A stretch of 64,000 bases of DNA from an uncultured Verrucomicrobiae bacterium. GTDB taxonomy: Bacteria; Verrucomicrobiota; Verrucomicrobiia; Chthoniobacterales; JAFAMB01. Positions within the stretch are counted from its first letter, which is position 1, and the number at the start of each line of letters is the position of its first letter. Shown here piece after piece: positions 1 to 9,936 of this stretch. The DNA lies in the NCBI GenBank assembly GCA_963813025.1, contig CAWEXO010000008.1, positions 96,001-160,000 on the forward strand, given 5' to 3'. The position numbers and the translations under genes were made by a program. The notes beneath the pieces were generated by a model that saw only the letters and a program-made list of their open reading frames with translations, ran no database searches and was not told where the DNA came from.

Positions 1-2
1 TG

Positions 3-1208
3 AAGTCTGATTTTGCCGTAATCTCGCTCTGGGTTATCGGCGGCTTCGCCGCGCTGTGCGGATCGCTCTGTTATGCCGAGCTGGCCGCAGCGCTGCCCCG
101 GTCCGGCGGGGAGTACCATTTCCTTTCTCGAATTTACCATCCTGCCGTGGGTTTCATGGCAGGCTGGGTTTCGGCTACGGTCGGTTTCGCAGCGCCGGTG
201 GCACTCTCCGCAATGGCCTTCGGCAGCTATTTACAACCCTTCTCAGGGAGCTTATCGCCCGTAGCGTTGTCCCTGCTCGTGGTCTGGACTATTGCAGTTG
301 TGCATTTTTCCGGCATAAGAGTCGGCGCCTTCTTCCAGGATCTGACAACAATTCTAAAGATCGTGCTCATCCTGGTTTTCATTGTGGCTGGACTGGTTGT
401 CTGTGGTGGAAAGACTACCCACCTGACGCCGGGCGTTGCGGAACTTGGCACGCTCTTTTCGGGTCCGTTCGCCGTTAGTCTGGTGTACGTCATGTATTCC
501 TACAGCGGCTGGAACGCGGCGACGTACATCACGGAAGAGGTCAAGGAGCCCGCCCGCAACGTGCCCTGGGCTCTGACGCTGGGGACAGTCGTAGTTGCGA
601 TTCTCTACGTCGCGCTGAACTATGTCTTTTTGGCTTCTACGCCGCGCGCGACGCTGAGTGGACAGGTGCAGGTCGGCTTGCTCGCGGGCCAGTCGATCTT
701 CGGCGGATTTGGAGGAAAAGTTGTGAGCTTTTTAATCGCGTTTGGCTTGATTGCCTCGATCAGCGCGATGACCTGGATCGGTCCTCGAGTCGCCGAACGA
801 ATGGCGGAGGATCTACCGTCGCTTAGCTTCTTCGGTCAAGTCAATCGCGCCGGCACCCCCTATTTTGCTTTGCTTTTCCAGCTGACCATTACCACGCTTC
901 TTCTCCTTAGCGCCACTTTTGAAGCCGTGCTGATCTACATCCAGTTCAGCTTGCTGCTCTGTTCTTTCCTGGCGGTGCTTGGTGTCATCGTCTTACGCTG
1001 GAAGGAGCCTGAGCTGGCAAGACCTTACCGCGTCTGGGGTTACCCGGTGACCCCCCTTATCTTTCTTCTCATCACTCTGCATATGATGATCTTCGTCATG
1101 CGCGATAAACCAGGGGAATCGTCGTTTGGCCTCGGCACAATGATAGCCGGTCTGGCGGTCTACTTCGCTTCTCGCCGACGTGTCGCCGCTGAACCACGTG
1201 GTTTGTAG
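3..1208 (+). CDS. APC-family amino acid permease (5' end runs off the window)
   Basis: The frame is open from position 3 (KSDFAVISLWVIGG...YAELAAALPRSGGEY) into ORF 147..1208. It has the APC motifs YSYSGWN, EEVKEPARNVP and RPYRVWGYP, and many TM helices. Confidence 0.9.
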   Translation, partial: KSDFAVISLWVIGGFAALCGSLCYAELAAALPRSGGEYHFLSRIYHPAVGFMAGWVSATVGFAAPVALSAMAFGSYLQPFSGSLSPVALSLLVVWTIAVVHFSGIRVGAFFQDLTTILKIVLILVFIVAGLVVCGGKTTHLTPGVAELGTLFSGPFAVSLVYVMYSYSGWNAATYITEEVKEPARNVPWALTLGTVVVAILYVALNYVFLASTPRATLSGQVQVGLLAGQSIFGGFGGKVVSFLIAFGLIASISAMTWIGPRVAERMAEDLPSLSFFGQVNRAGTPYFALLFQLTITTLLLLSATFEAVLIYIQFSLLLCSFLAVLGVIVLRWKEPELARPYRVWGYPVTPLIFLLITLHMMIFVMRDKPGESSFGLGTMIAGLAVYFASRRRVAAEPRGL

Positions 1209-1213
1209 CAAGC

Positions 1214-1266
1214 GGGTCCCGGGTAGCGAGTCCCGTGTCCCGAGTCCCGTGTCCCGAGTCCCGAGT
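1214..1266 (+). repeat. Heptamer tandem array G(A/T/G)GTCCC, ~7 units
   Basis: gggtccc gggtagc gagtccc gtgtccc gagtccc gtgtccc gagtccc gagt, directly after the permease stop. Confidence 0.85.
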
Positions 1267-1302
1267 TGTGGCCGGAGAAATATTCGGCTATGCGATAAGC
1301 CG

Positions 1303-2529
1303 ATGAAGCGACTGAGTTTAGGGATGTTTCTCGTTGTTTGTCTTGGCGCCGCGGACGTTTTCGCCCAGGACAACGCTCCTCCGCCGATTCCTCTGCCACC
1401 GCCCCCGGGCGCTCCGATGGAGCGGCGATCGCCGCCGTTGAGCCAGACGCCGCCGCCACGTGCGGTAGTGATCACTCCGCCAGCAGCGGTCCAAGGTCCG
1501 CCAGTGCCGGTCCAGCGTTCCACCGCGACCGATGCCGCCCGTTTTCTGGCTGGAATGCCGACCGTGGAAGGCTCCCCGCTCACGCCTCTGACCAACGATC
1601 CCCGCTGGCAGGCGCACGCTCAAGCGATGAACGCCGGTTTCGCTCAAATCGAACAGCGGCAACTTAGCAATATCCGCATCTGGCGGTCAGAGTTTCTCGC
1701 TCCGGTCACTCAGGCAAGTCATACGTGCCTTTATTTCTTTAGCGGACCCGATTTCCTCTTTGCGGACGCTTTCTATCCCGATTGCACCAATTATATCCTG
1801 GCGGGACTGGAGCCCGTGGAATCTTTGCCCGAGTTGCAGAACCTTTCCCAACCTGTGCTTTTCAACACACTGCAAAACATCCAGGCATCGCTCAATACAC
1901 TGCTGTCTTTCAGTTTTTTTAAGACTAAGGACATGCGGCAAGAGTTTGCCAGGACGCAGCTGAAAGGGGTAGTGCCGATCCTCTTCGTATTTCTGGTCCG
2001 CACCGGCAAGACGATCGAAAATGTCGACTACATTTCGCTCGACCCTGGAGGCAAACTCTTTCATGGACAGGGTGGAATTCGCGGAGTGAAGATCACTTTC
2101 CTCGATCCGGTCTCCGGCGCGCGAAAGACGTTGTTCTATTTTTCCGCAGACCTGTCGGATGATGGACTTCGCAAAAATCCCGGAGTGCTTCGATTTAGCG
2201 AGACGTTAGCTCCGACAAACAGCTTCTTGAAAGCTGCATCGTATCTGCTCCACGAAAACGGTTTCAACACGGCGCGAAATTTTCTGCTGCAGGTCAGCGC
2301 TACGATTTTGCAGGACGATTCCGGGATTCCCTTTCGCGCTTTCCCTCCCGACAAGTGGACGCTCCGCTTTTTTGGTTCCTACTTCGGCCCGATCGATCTG
2401 TTTAAACAATTTTATCAACCAGAGCTTCGCCAACTCTACGCCGCAAGCTCGCCCCCGCCCTTAACGTTTGGGTTCGGGTATCAGTGGAACCGCCATAACT
2501 CGACACTCATGCTGGCGGCGCGCAGGTAA
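1303..2529 (+). CDS. Secreted hypothetical protein with signal peptide and Pro-rich linker
   Basis: ATG 1303 starts the signal-like peptide MKRLSLGMFLVVCLGAADVFA. A Pro-rich stretch follows, then a globular domain (YFFSGPDFL, YILAGLEP, KAASYLLH, ILQDDSGIP). Confidence 0.75.
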   Translation: MKRLSLGMFLVVCLGAADVFAQDNAPPPIPLPPPPGAPMERRSPPLSQTPPPRAVVITPPAAVQGPPVPVQRSTATDAARFLAGMPTVEGSPLTPLTNDPRWQAHAQAMNAGFAQIEQRQLSNIRIWRSEFLAPVTQASHTCLYFFSGPDFLFADAFYPDCTNYILAGLEPVESLPELQNLSQPVLFNTLQNIQASLNTLLSFSFFKTKDMRQEFARTQLKGVVPILFVFLVRTGKTIENVDYISLDPGGKLFHGQGGIRGVKITFLDPVSGARKTLFYFSADLSDDGLRKNPGVLRFSETLAPTNSFLKAASYLLHENGFNTARNFLLQVSATILQDDSGIPFRAFPPDKWTLRFFGSYFGPIDLFKQFYQPELRQLYAASSPPPLTFGFGYQWNRHNSTLMLAARR

Positions 2530-2544
2530 GCCACGACATCTAAA

Positions 2545-2680
2545 TCAGGAAGGACCAATGACTATCTGGCCATTATAGCCGGTCGCCATATAGACATGCT
2601 TGTCTGGGAGAACCCAGAAAGAATTGGAATACCTAAGGTCCGGCTCCCAACGATTATGCATGTCCACGGTAGCCATGGTT
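2545..2680 (-). pseudogene. Short relic resembling a serine-hydrolase (beta-lactamase family) C-terminus
   Basis: YSNSFWVLPDKHVYMATGYNGQIVI resembles the Y..xW...(A/G)xGxxGQxI terminal strands of this family. There is no N-terminal part. Confidence 0.35.
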
Positions 2681-2768
2681 TCCCCCCGGTTGTCATTTTC
2701 CGCGCTATTTGATGTACACGCCCGCTGAATGCGAGAATTGCAGCAGTCGCTGAGCAAGACCGAAAGAT

Positions 2769-2798
2769 CGGACTCGGGACTCGCCTGCTCGGGACTCG
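2769..2798 (-). repeat. Degenerate GAGTCCC heptamer array, reverse orientation
   Basis: cggactc gggactc gcctgctc gggactc on the + strand, immediately after the stop of the minus-strand hydrolase. Confidence 0.65.
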
Positions 2799-2799
2799 C

Positions 2800-3843
2800 T
2801 TAACCCACCTTGCCCAAGACAAGCCGCAAAAAATGCGCATCGGAGAAGGGCCCGCTGCGCCCCTGGCGAACGACGATCAGATCGAGCGAGGGACAGATGA
2901 ACATGCGCTGATATCCTGAACCGACGGCGGCGATCAAATCGTGGGGGGCATTATTGCAGAGGCAAGCGCCCCGCCAGTTTTCCCGACTCCAAGGTACTTC
3001 CAACATGTTCTCAACATCGACTTCCCGGCCGTCGGGAGCAGCCCGATTCAGCCAAAAACCCATTCCGAACATCGGGTTCGCGCGCGAGCCACGAAAACAT
3101 TGGTCGAGCAGGTCAGCTCGAACAATTTGGCGCCCTCGGTACTTGCCCCGATTCAAAATGAGAATACCAAGTTGCGCCCACTGGCGAGCGGACAGCTTAA
3201 AGCCGCTAGCCAGAAGTGGATTGCCCTCACGGTCTTCCCGAAAGTCGACATAGCCAATACCAAGTGGCCGAAGCAGCCGGCGAGATAGATATTGCTCCGG
3301 TGTCAGATGACGCGAGGCGAGCTTCCGGCGCAGCACCTCGCTGTAGATCTGCAGCTCACTCGGGCCATACATGAAGGCCTCGCCTGGCTCGCGGACGGCC
3401 TGCAGATGGACACTGTACCCATTCCGATCGGGAATCGATCGACCATGGAGCGAGAAAACCGGCTCAATGCCCGCATTGAAACTCAGAAGATCGCGAGTGG
3501 TGATCTCGCCTTTATCCGGAGAATCGCGCCATTCGGCCAAGGTGTCCTTGACCGGCTCGTCGAGCCTGAGGATACCATCCTGTTCCGCCGCAATCGCCGC
3601 GATACACCAGAAACCCTTGGTTCCACTAAAAATTGAGGCAACCCGGCCTCGGCTAAAACCGTTGTGGTAATTTTCGTAAATGACTTTGCCGCGTTGAATC
3701 ACCAACAGGGAAAGTCCATGTCGGGCCGCTGAGTAAGCGTCAGCCGCTTTGAGCGATTGAGGACTGATCTCCGCCGAGGCAAACGGAGCAAGACAAAGCG
3801 AGAAATAACCAATGGTCCAAGCCGAAAACAAAAAAGTTCTCAT
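2800..3843 (-). CDS. Serine hydrolase, beta-lactamase/PBP-like family, exported
   Basis: Signal peptide, SxxK motif (FSGTK), ITTRDLL, PGEAFMYG, LSARQWAQLG and AVGSGYQ. Confidence 0.88.
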   Translation of the reverse strand: MRTFLFSAWTIGYFSLCLAPFASAEISPQSLKAADAYSAARHGLSLLVIQRGKVIYENYHNGFSRGRVASIFSGTKGFWCIAAIAAEQDGILRLDEPVKDTLAEWRDSPDKGEITTRDLLSFNAGIEPVFSLHGRSIPDRNGYSVHLQAVREPGEAFMYGPSELQIYSEVLRRKLASRHLTPEQYLSRRLLRPLGIGYVDFREDREGNPLLASGFKLSARQWAQLGILILNRGKYRGRQIVRADLLDQCFRGSRANPMFGMGFWLNRAAPDGREVDVENMLEVPWSRENWRGACLCNNAPHDLIAAVGSGYQRMFICPSLDLIVVRQGRSGPFSDAHFLRLVLGKVG

Positions 3844-4119
3844 AAAGGTCAACGACAGATGCTACAGATTGCCCAGCGCGGCGGATCTGCAACCAAAGCT
3901 CTTCAGGTACCGTTGGACCTTGCTTTCGCCGGATGAGCGCTGTGGACCCGTTGTCGCGCTCCTTGAGAACTCCGCGTCTCTGATGCGTTTCCCCGGGGAA
4001 ATGGACAAAGGGATCCAGCTCTGAAAGGCGAGTCAACTCTCGGCAAGGCTCGACGGCTGGCACCGACACTCCGACACACTCCGAGACGCAATACGCCTTA
4101 GGCAGCACGCCGACACGCC

Positions 4120-5925
4120 TTATGCGGCGACCGGCAAATCAAAATAGAACTCCGTTTCTTCACCGAGTCTGCTGGTCACACCGATCCGGCCATCATGCGC
4201 CTTCACAATCTGCCGCGCGATTGAGAGACCGAGACCAGCGCCTTCCCCACCCTGCTTGTTGGATCGGTAGAACTTGTCGAAGACTCTGGCTTGCTCTTCC
4301 TCGGTCAGTCCTGGTCCACGATTGTTGACGACAAAACGGACATAACCGTCAACCACCTTTTCTGCTCGTAACCGAATGGCCGAACCTGGTGTGCTGTACT
4401 TCAGCGCATTGGAAAGAAAATTCGACATCACCAAACCGATGCGCTCGAGATCCGCTAAGACGTTCGGCATCTCGTTTGTCGCATCGATTTTCAGGAGATG
4501 CCCTTCCGCTTCCGCGGTCTCGGAGAAATTCTTGTAAGCGGTATCCAGTATCAACTCGGACGGAACCGGCCGGATATCGAGCTCGGCCTTGCCGCTCTCC
4601 ATTCGCGCTAGGTCGAGGATGCTGGACAGGGTACTCAAGAGCCGTTCGCAGTCATTCCGCCCAGAGACCACTAGTTCTTCCTGGGCGGCGGAGAGCCCGC
4701 CCATCCGCTTCTCCAATAAAAGATGCAAAACCAAACGAATGCCGGTGAGTGGAGTCCGGATCTCGTGGCTCAAAGTCGAAAGCAGGTCCGATTTCATTTC
4801 GTCGAGCCAGCGAAACCGAGTGACATCCACGAGCATTAACGCCCGGCCTGCGCTCTTCTGGTCCTCCAGGACGATCGAAAAGATTCGGGGAAGGAAATAG
4901 ACTTCCTGGTCGTCGATCCGGAAAAACATCGCTTGTTTCAGATCGTCGAGACGATAATCCGGACCGGTAATCGAGGCTTGGGCCAAGTGTTTCTCGATCT
5001 GAGCCGGCAAGCGTCCGGCTGAACGGAGAGAGTTCAATAGCTTCTCTGCTGCCGGATTGGTTCGGGTGATGCGATCCTGCTCATCCAGGATAAACAGCGG
5101 AAAGGGCAGCGTGGTAAGCATCGCGCGAATAATCTGATTGAGCTCGATGAACTTGCGGTCTGTCTCCCGGTAGAAATTGCGCAACTCCTGCGCCATAAGA
5201 TTGAACTCGGCGCTTAAATCGCCGAGTTCATCGTGCGTTCTCACCGGCAACGAACGATCGAAATCGCGAGAACGCAGATAGCGGATGGATTGAGTCAAAT
5301 TCCGGATCGGCGTGATGATCGAGTGACCAAGCCGCAGGTAAGTGAAGATGAAAACGACAATCGCGCTAACCATGGCAATGATCAGCAAACGAATGGAGTC
5401 ATGGGCTTGCTGATCCGCGCGGTTATTAGCGATAAGCATTTGGTTCTCATTGATGGCGAGAACCTTTTGGCTGAGATCCGTGATACGCAGAGTCGCTTCC
5501 GCGATGCGTGTACGAGTTTGCGCGTAAGCTGGATCGTTGTTGCGGAACTGAGCGAAGATGGTGCGATAGATGTCGATGTAATCTTTAACCGCGGCCCGCA
5601 ATTGCCGGACGTACTCAATCTCCTCAGGGGTTTTGGCATTGCGCTCGAGCACAGCTAATTGCTCGTGGAATTCGCGCTCCGTCTGATCGAGCGTTCCCGT
5701 TTGGTCGTAGGGCGGAGCAGGCCGGTCACCCTTGGTATAAAAAGTGTTCACGCGCGCGGTTGCCACGCGCATGAAATGACACGCTTTGATGCTGTCGTAA
5801 TTGTTTCGCAAAACGTTGTTAATAGACCTTCCCAGATCGTGAAAAAGCCAAACCCCGTAGATGCCAACCAGGAGAAGGATCAGCAGCGTAGCCAGAAGGC
5901 CGAGCGTTAGTCTCCAGCGAAGCAT
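4120..5925 (-). CDS. Sensor histidine kinase (periplasmic 4-helix sensor, HAMP, PAS-like, HisKA, HATPase), KinB-like
   Basis: Two TM helices, HAMP (DELGDLSAEFNLMA), H-box SHEIRTPLT, N-box NFLSNALKY and G-box GAGLGLSI. Confidence 0.92.
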   Translation of the reverse strand: MLRWRLTLGLLATLLILLLVGIYGVWLFHDLGRSINNVLRNNYDSIKACHFMRVATARVNTFYTKGDRPAPPYDQTGTLDQTEREFHEQLAVLERNAKTPEEIEYVRQLRAAVKDYIDIYRTIFAQFRNNDPAYAQTRTRIAEATLRITDLSQKVLAINENQMLIANNRADQQAHDSIRLLIIAMVSAIVVFIFTYLRLGHSIITPIRNLTQSIRYLRSRDFDRSLPVRTHDELGDLSAEFNLMAQELRNFYRETDRKFIELNQIIRAMLTTLPFPLFILDEQDRITRTNPAAEKLLNSLRSAGRLPAQIEKHLAQASITGPDYRLDDLKQAMFFRIDDQEVYFLPRIFSIVLEDQKSAGRALMLVDVTRFRWLDEMKSDLLSTLSHEIRTPLTGIRLVLHLLLEKRMGGLSAAQEELVVSGRNDCERLLSTLSSILDLARMESGKAELDIRPVPSELILDTAYKNFSETAEAEGHLLKIDATNEMPNVLADLERIGLVMSNFLSNALKYSTPGSAIRLRAEKVVDGYVRFVVNNRGPGLTEEEQARVFDKFYRSNKQGGEGAGLGLSIARQIVKAHDGRIGVTSRLGEETEFYFDLPVAA

Positions 5926-5934
5926 GGGCAGCGG

Positions 5935-7266
5935 TTACAAACTTAAGCGCTTGCGTTTGCGATACAAGGTGGCCGGATCAATGCCGAGAATCCGGGCCGC
6001 GGCATCCAGGCTCGACGCGCGTTGCAAGACTTGGCGGATGTGTGCCTCCTCGAGTTGATCGATGGTGGCATCGGACCCGATTCGGACGGTTCCCTCGCTG
6101 GGGAACGGCAAGTTCGCAGGAAAATGTTCCTCGTCGATAAGCGGGTTTTGGGAAAGAATCACCGCGCGCTCGATTGTGTTTCGGAGTTCGCGAATATTGC
6201 CGGGCCAGGGATAGGATCTAATCCGGGCCAGTGCGCTGTCGGAAAAGCGGAGTTCACCCCGACCAAGCTGGCTGCTGAAAAACTGCAGAAATTCCATAGC
6301 CAGCTTTTCCAGATCGGCGGGCCGCTCCCGCAATGGGGGTATCCGGACAGAGATAACGTCCAGGCGATAATAGAGGTCTTCCCGGAATGTGCCTTCCCGG
6401 ATGCGTTCCCTCAGATCCCGGTTGGTTGCGGCCACGATCCGTGCGTTGGTCGTTCTCGTTTTGTGCTCACCGACTCTCTCGTATTGGCGCTCCTGTAGTA
6501 AGCGGAGAAGCTTGGGCTGGATCTCCAGGGGCAGCTCGCCGATTTCGTCAAGAAAGAGGGTGCCGGATTCCGCGGCGGCCACCCTACCCCAGGTATCGCG
6601 GACCGCGCCGGTGAATGCTCCTTTGACGTGCCCAAACAATTCGCTCTCGAGCAACTCTCGAGAGAGACTGGGGCAACTGACAGTAACGAAGGCCCCGTCT
6701 TTGAACAAACTGCGGTCATGCACCGCCCGGGCCAGAACACTCTTTCCGGTGCCGCTCTCGCCCAATAGCAAAATCGGTGCCTGGGTCGGAGCAGCCCGGA
6801 CGAGCACCTCCAGAATCTTTTCCATCTGCGGGTCGCTCGGTTCCAGGTCGATTGTCGGACTCTGCGTCAGAATCCGCTCTTCCAAGTCGCTAAGCTTGGT
6901 CTCGAGGTGGCGTTGTTTTTCGGTCCGAATGAGGATTTGGCGGAGGTGCTCGGGAGTGAAAGGTTTTTCGAGGTAGTCAAATGCTCCCTGCTGAATCGCG
7001 GCGACGGCCGAAGCAATTGAGGCGTAAGCAGTAAAAACGACGACGGGCAACGATGGAGTATGACGTTTGATTTGGGCCAGCAACTCCAAACCGTCTTCGT
7101 CGCCCAGGCGGAGATCGAGAAACATCAGGTCATAAGTTTCCTCGGCTAGTTTGCCAAGGCAGACCACGCCACTATCCGCCGTATCGACCTGGTGCCCTTC
7201 AGCCCGAATGGCCGCTGCCGTTGAGGTTCGGATTGATTTGTCGTCGTCAACGATGAGAACACGCAC
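5935..7266 (-). CDS. Sigma-54-dependent response regulator (REC-AAA+-Fis HTH), AlgB/NtrC-like
   Basis: GTG start [38 protein letters not shown] and C-terminal [15 protein letters not shown]. Confidence 0.93.
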   Translation of the reverse strand: MRVLIVDDDKSIRTSTAAAIRAEGHQVDTADSGVVCLGKLAEETYDLMFLDLRLGDEDGLELLAQIKRHTPSLPVVVFTAYASIASAVAAIQQGAFDYLEKPFTPEHLRQILIRTEKQRHLETKLSDLEERILTQSPTIDLEPSDPQMEKILEVLVRAAPTQAPILLLGESGTGKSVLARAVHDRSLFKDGAFVTVSCPSLSRELLESELFGHVKGAFTGAVRDTWGRVAAAESGTLFLDEIGELPLEIQPKLLRLLQERQYERVGEHKTRTTNARIVAATNRDLRERIREGTFREDLYYRLDVISVRIPPLRERPADLEKLAMEFLQFFSSQLGRGELRFSDSALARIRSYPWPGNIRELRNTIERAVILSQNPLIDEEHFPANLPFPSEGTVRIGSDATIDQLEEAHIRQVLQRASSLDAAARILGIDPATLYRKRKRLSL

Positions 7267-7353
7267 TGCAAGAAAATACTCGCGGCGCATCCGGGCCGCA
7301 ATTGGGAGTCTGAGCGGCATTTGCAGATCAACAACGCTCGCTTACCTACGTAT

Positions 7354-8637
7354 ATGCCAATTCTGTACCTGGACTGCTTTTCGGGGATCAGCGGAGATAT
7401 GCTGGTCGGTCTACTCGCTGACTTGGGCGTCGCCCCATCCGCTTTCGAATGGGAACTCAGCCGGCTCGGGCTGGAAGACCATCACCTCCACTTTGAGCGG
7501 GTGTCCAGAGCCGGAATTTCCTCGATCTGTTTCAGCGTGCACGGAGGCGCGACACATCAAGAAATGGGCGACGAGTCTTCTCTGAAAAGACGCTCTCATC
7601 CGCCACATGATGGCGATCATTTCCACCAGCACCAGGAGGAGCCGACTAAAGAAGGACGGAACTACCGCGCGATCCGCGAGCTGATCAATCGCAGCGAATT
7701 GTCGGCCTTTGTGAAGGAAAAAAGCATCGCGGTTTTTCAGCGTCTCGCCACGGTCGAAGGGAAGATTCATGGCGTGCCGGCCGACGATGTTCATTTTCAT
7801 GAGGTGGGCGCCCTTGACTCGATTGTCGACATCGTGCTGACTTGTGTTGGACTTGAGACTCTGCGGATCAGCGAGGTGCGGGTGTCGCCGCTGGTCGATG
7901 GACAAGGCGTTCTACGGTGTGCGCACGGCGAGTATCCAGTGCCAGCCCCGGCGACGCTTGAGCTCTTAACCGGGTTACCCTTGCGTCAGATCCCGGTCGA
8001 AGGAGAGCTCATCACGCCAACGGGTGCGGCTCTGCTTGCCGAATTTCAAAAAGGCATCGGACCAATGCCAGCTTTACGGATCGAAAAAATTGGCTACGGC
8101 GCCGGCAGTCGGGAACTTCCCGGACGGGCGAACGTCTTGCGGGGAGTACTTGGCGAGCTCGAGCGGAAATCCGGGACGGACGAAGTCGTCGAAATCCAGG
8201 CCAATATCGATGACCTCTCGCCCGAGATCCTCGGTTCAACTCAAGAACAGTTGTTCGCCAGCGGCGCTCTCGACGTGTTCTTTACACCTGTCCAGATGAA
8301 GAAAAATCGGCCGGGCACGCTCCTCACCGTGTTGTGTCACGTCGACAATGTCGCTGATCTTGAAACTTTGATTTTTCGGGAGACAAGCACGTTTGGCATC
8401 CGCCGTCGCGAAGTGCAGCGACGGATTTTGGATCGCCAGATTCTTGCTGTCGAAACTGCCTATGGGCCGGTCCGAGTGAAGCTTGGACTGCTCGGGGACG
8501 AAGTGGTGCAAGTCTCGCCGGAGTTCGGAGATTGCCGTGCGCGGGCCACGGAAAAGGGCGCACCGCTCAAACGAGTTTACGAGGCTGCCATGGGAGCTTT
8601 CCGGGCACAGCAGGAACGAATGGGCGATGACCAATGA
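7354..8637 (+). CDS. larC: Nickel pincer cofactor biosynthesis protein LarC
   Basis: YLDCFSGISGDMLVG, a His-rich insert, VHFHEVGALDSIVDI, PVPAPAT, ELITPTGAA, MKKNRPG and ETSTFGIR. Confidence 0.93.
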   Translation: MPILYLDCFSGISGDMLVGLLADLGVAPSAFEWELSRLGLEDHHLHFERVSRAGISSICFSVHGGATHQEMGDESSLKRRSHPPHDGDHFHQHQEEPTKEGRNYRAIRELINRSELSAFVKEKSIAVFQRLATVEGKIHGVPADDVHFHEVGALDSIVDIVLTCVGLETLRISEVRVSPLVDGQGVLRCAHGEYPVPAPATLELLTGLPLRQIPVEGELITPTGAALLAEFQKGIGPMPALRIEKIGYGAGSRELPGRANVLRGVLGELERKSGTDEVVEIQANIDDLSPEILGSTQEQLFASGALDVFFTPVQMKKNRPGTLLTVLCHVDNVADLETLIFRETSTFGIRRREVQRRILDRQILAVETAYGPVRVKLGLLGDEVVQVSPEFGDCRARATEKGAPLKRVYEAAMGAFRAQQERMGDDQ

Positions 8638-8661
8638 GCGATGACCGATGACCGATGACTG
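8620..8661 (+). repeat. Heptamer tandem array ATGACC(G/A), ~6 units, spanning the larC stop
   Basis: atgggcg atgacca atgagcg atgaccg atgaccg atgactg. Confidence 0.75.
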
Positions 8662-8847
8662 GGCGCGGTCAGGACACGGGGAACACTATATCGTTGAGAT
8701 TAGTTTGATTGTTCAATTTGGAAGTTGGCGCAGCTTGCGAATCTGGTGTCAGCGCTCAGCTCATTCCCCCTCCGAGATGGCCAAAATTAAATTTCGGCCT
8801 CCCACGAATCTTGTTGAACTTCAGCAATATCAGGCGTTCGGTGAAGG

Positions 8848-9825
8848 ATGAGCACCGCTACACTGGAAAAAGTTTCACAGCTCGATCAGCTCAAACAGTT
8901 TACGAAGGTGGTGGCTGATTCTGGCGATTTTGAGTCGATTCGAGCGTATAAGCCACAGGACTCAACAACTAACCCGAGCCTGATTCTCACTGCTGTACAA
9001 AAAGACGAGTACGCCCATCTACTCGATAATGCTATGAGCGACCTGAAGTCTTCGCCCTTAAACGGAAAGGCGAAGATCGAAGCCATTATGGATGAACTTC
9101 TGGTCGAATTTGGAACCGAAATTCTGAAGATCGTACCGGGCCGCGTCTCGACCGAGACCGACGCCCGGCTCTCTTTCGATACGGAAGGTTCGATCAACAA
9201 GGCGCGGCAGCTGATCGCTCTTTATGAGAAGCGCGGAGTTAAACGTGAGCGGGTTCTCATAAAGATTGCTTCGACCTGGGAAGGGATAAAAGCGGCGGAA
9301 CAGCTCCAAAAAGAATCGATCAATTGCAATCTCACCTTGCTGTTTTCTTTTCCGCAAGCTGTCGCGTGCGGGGAGTCCAAGGTGCGACTCATCTCGCCGT
9401 TTGTTGGCCGAATCTATGACTGGTACAAGAAGGACACCGGCAAGGATTACCACGGGGCAGATGATCCAGGCGTCCAGTCCGTGACCCGCATCTACAATTA
9501 TTACAAAAAGTTCGGATACTCCACAGAGGTCATGGGAGCCAGCTTCCGGACCAAAGAACAGATCGTCGAATTGGCGGGCTGTGATTTGCTGACCATCAGC
9601 CCGAAGCTGCTGGACGAGTTGGCCAACTCGACTGAGCCGGTGGAACGAAAGCTTTCTCCAGACCAGGCCAAGAATGCGAAGGACGAAAGGATTACTCTCG
9701 ACGAGAAGCAATTCCGCTTTCTTTTCAACGAGGATCCGATGGCGGTCGACAAGACCGCGGAAGGCATTCGCAAATTTTCCGCAGACATCGTCAAGCTCGA
9801 GAAATTGGTCGAAGCGAAGCTGTAG
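8848..9825 (+). CDS. tal: Transaldolase
   Basis: [52 protein letters not shown] and ISPFVGRI. Confidence 0.97.
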   Translation: MSTATLEKVSQLDQLKQFTKVVADSGDFESIRAYKPQDSTTNPSLILTAVQKDEYAHLLDNAMSDLKSSPLNGKAKIEAIMDELLVEFGTEILKIVPGRVSTETDARLSFDTEGSINKARQLIALYEKRGVKRERVLIKIASTWEGIKAAEQLQKESINCNLTLLFSFPQAVACGESKVRLISPFVGRIYDWYKKDTGKDYHGADDPGVQSVTRIYNYYKKFGYSTEVMGASFRTKEQIVELAGCDLLTISPKLLDELANSTEPVERKLSPDQAKNAKDERITLDEKQFRFLFNEDPMAVDKTAEGIRKFSADIVKLEKLVEAKL

Positions 9826-9842
9826 AAAAAAACGACGATTTG

Positions 9843-9936
9843 GAGTCCTTGAACACCGAAACTCGATGTAGAGGAATCAAGTTTTTTTTAAGCGGATTTT
9901 TTTCCACCTACTCTATTCCTCCCCTTTCAAGGACTC
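9843..9936. mobile_element. ~95-bp MITE-like element, copy 1
   Basis: Terminal inverted repeats gagtccttgaa...ttcaaggactc. The AT-rich core gaatcaagt(t)naagcggattttttt is shared with 20237..20335. Confidence 0.7.

Noticed and set aside
1180..1302. N-terminal extensions given by the ORF track (also tetR to 34239, hisA from 35189, sufU from 41375)
   Set aside because: They run through repeats or neighbouring genes, and homology or signal peptides begin at the downstream starts.
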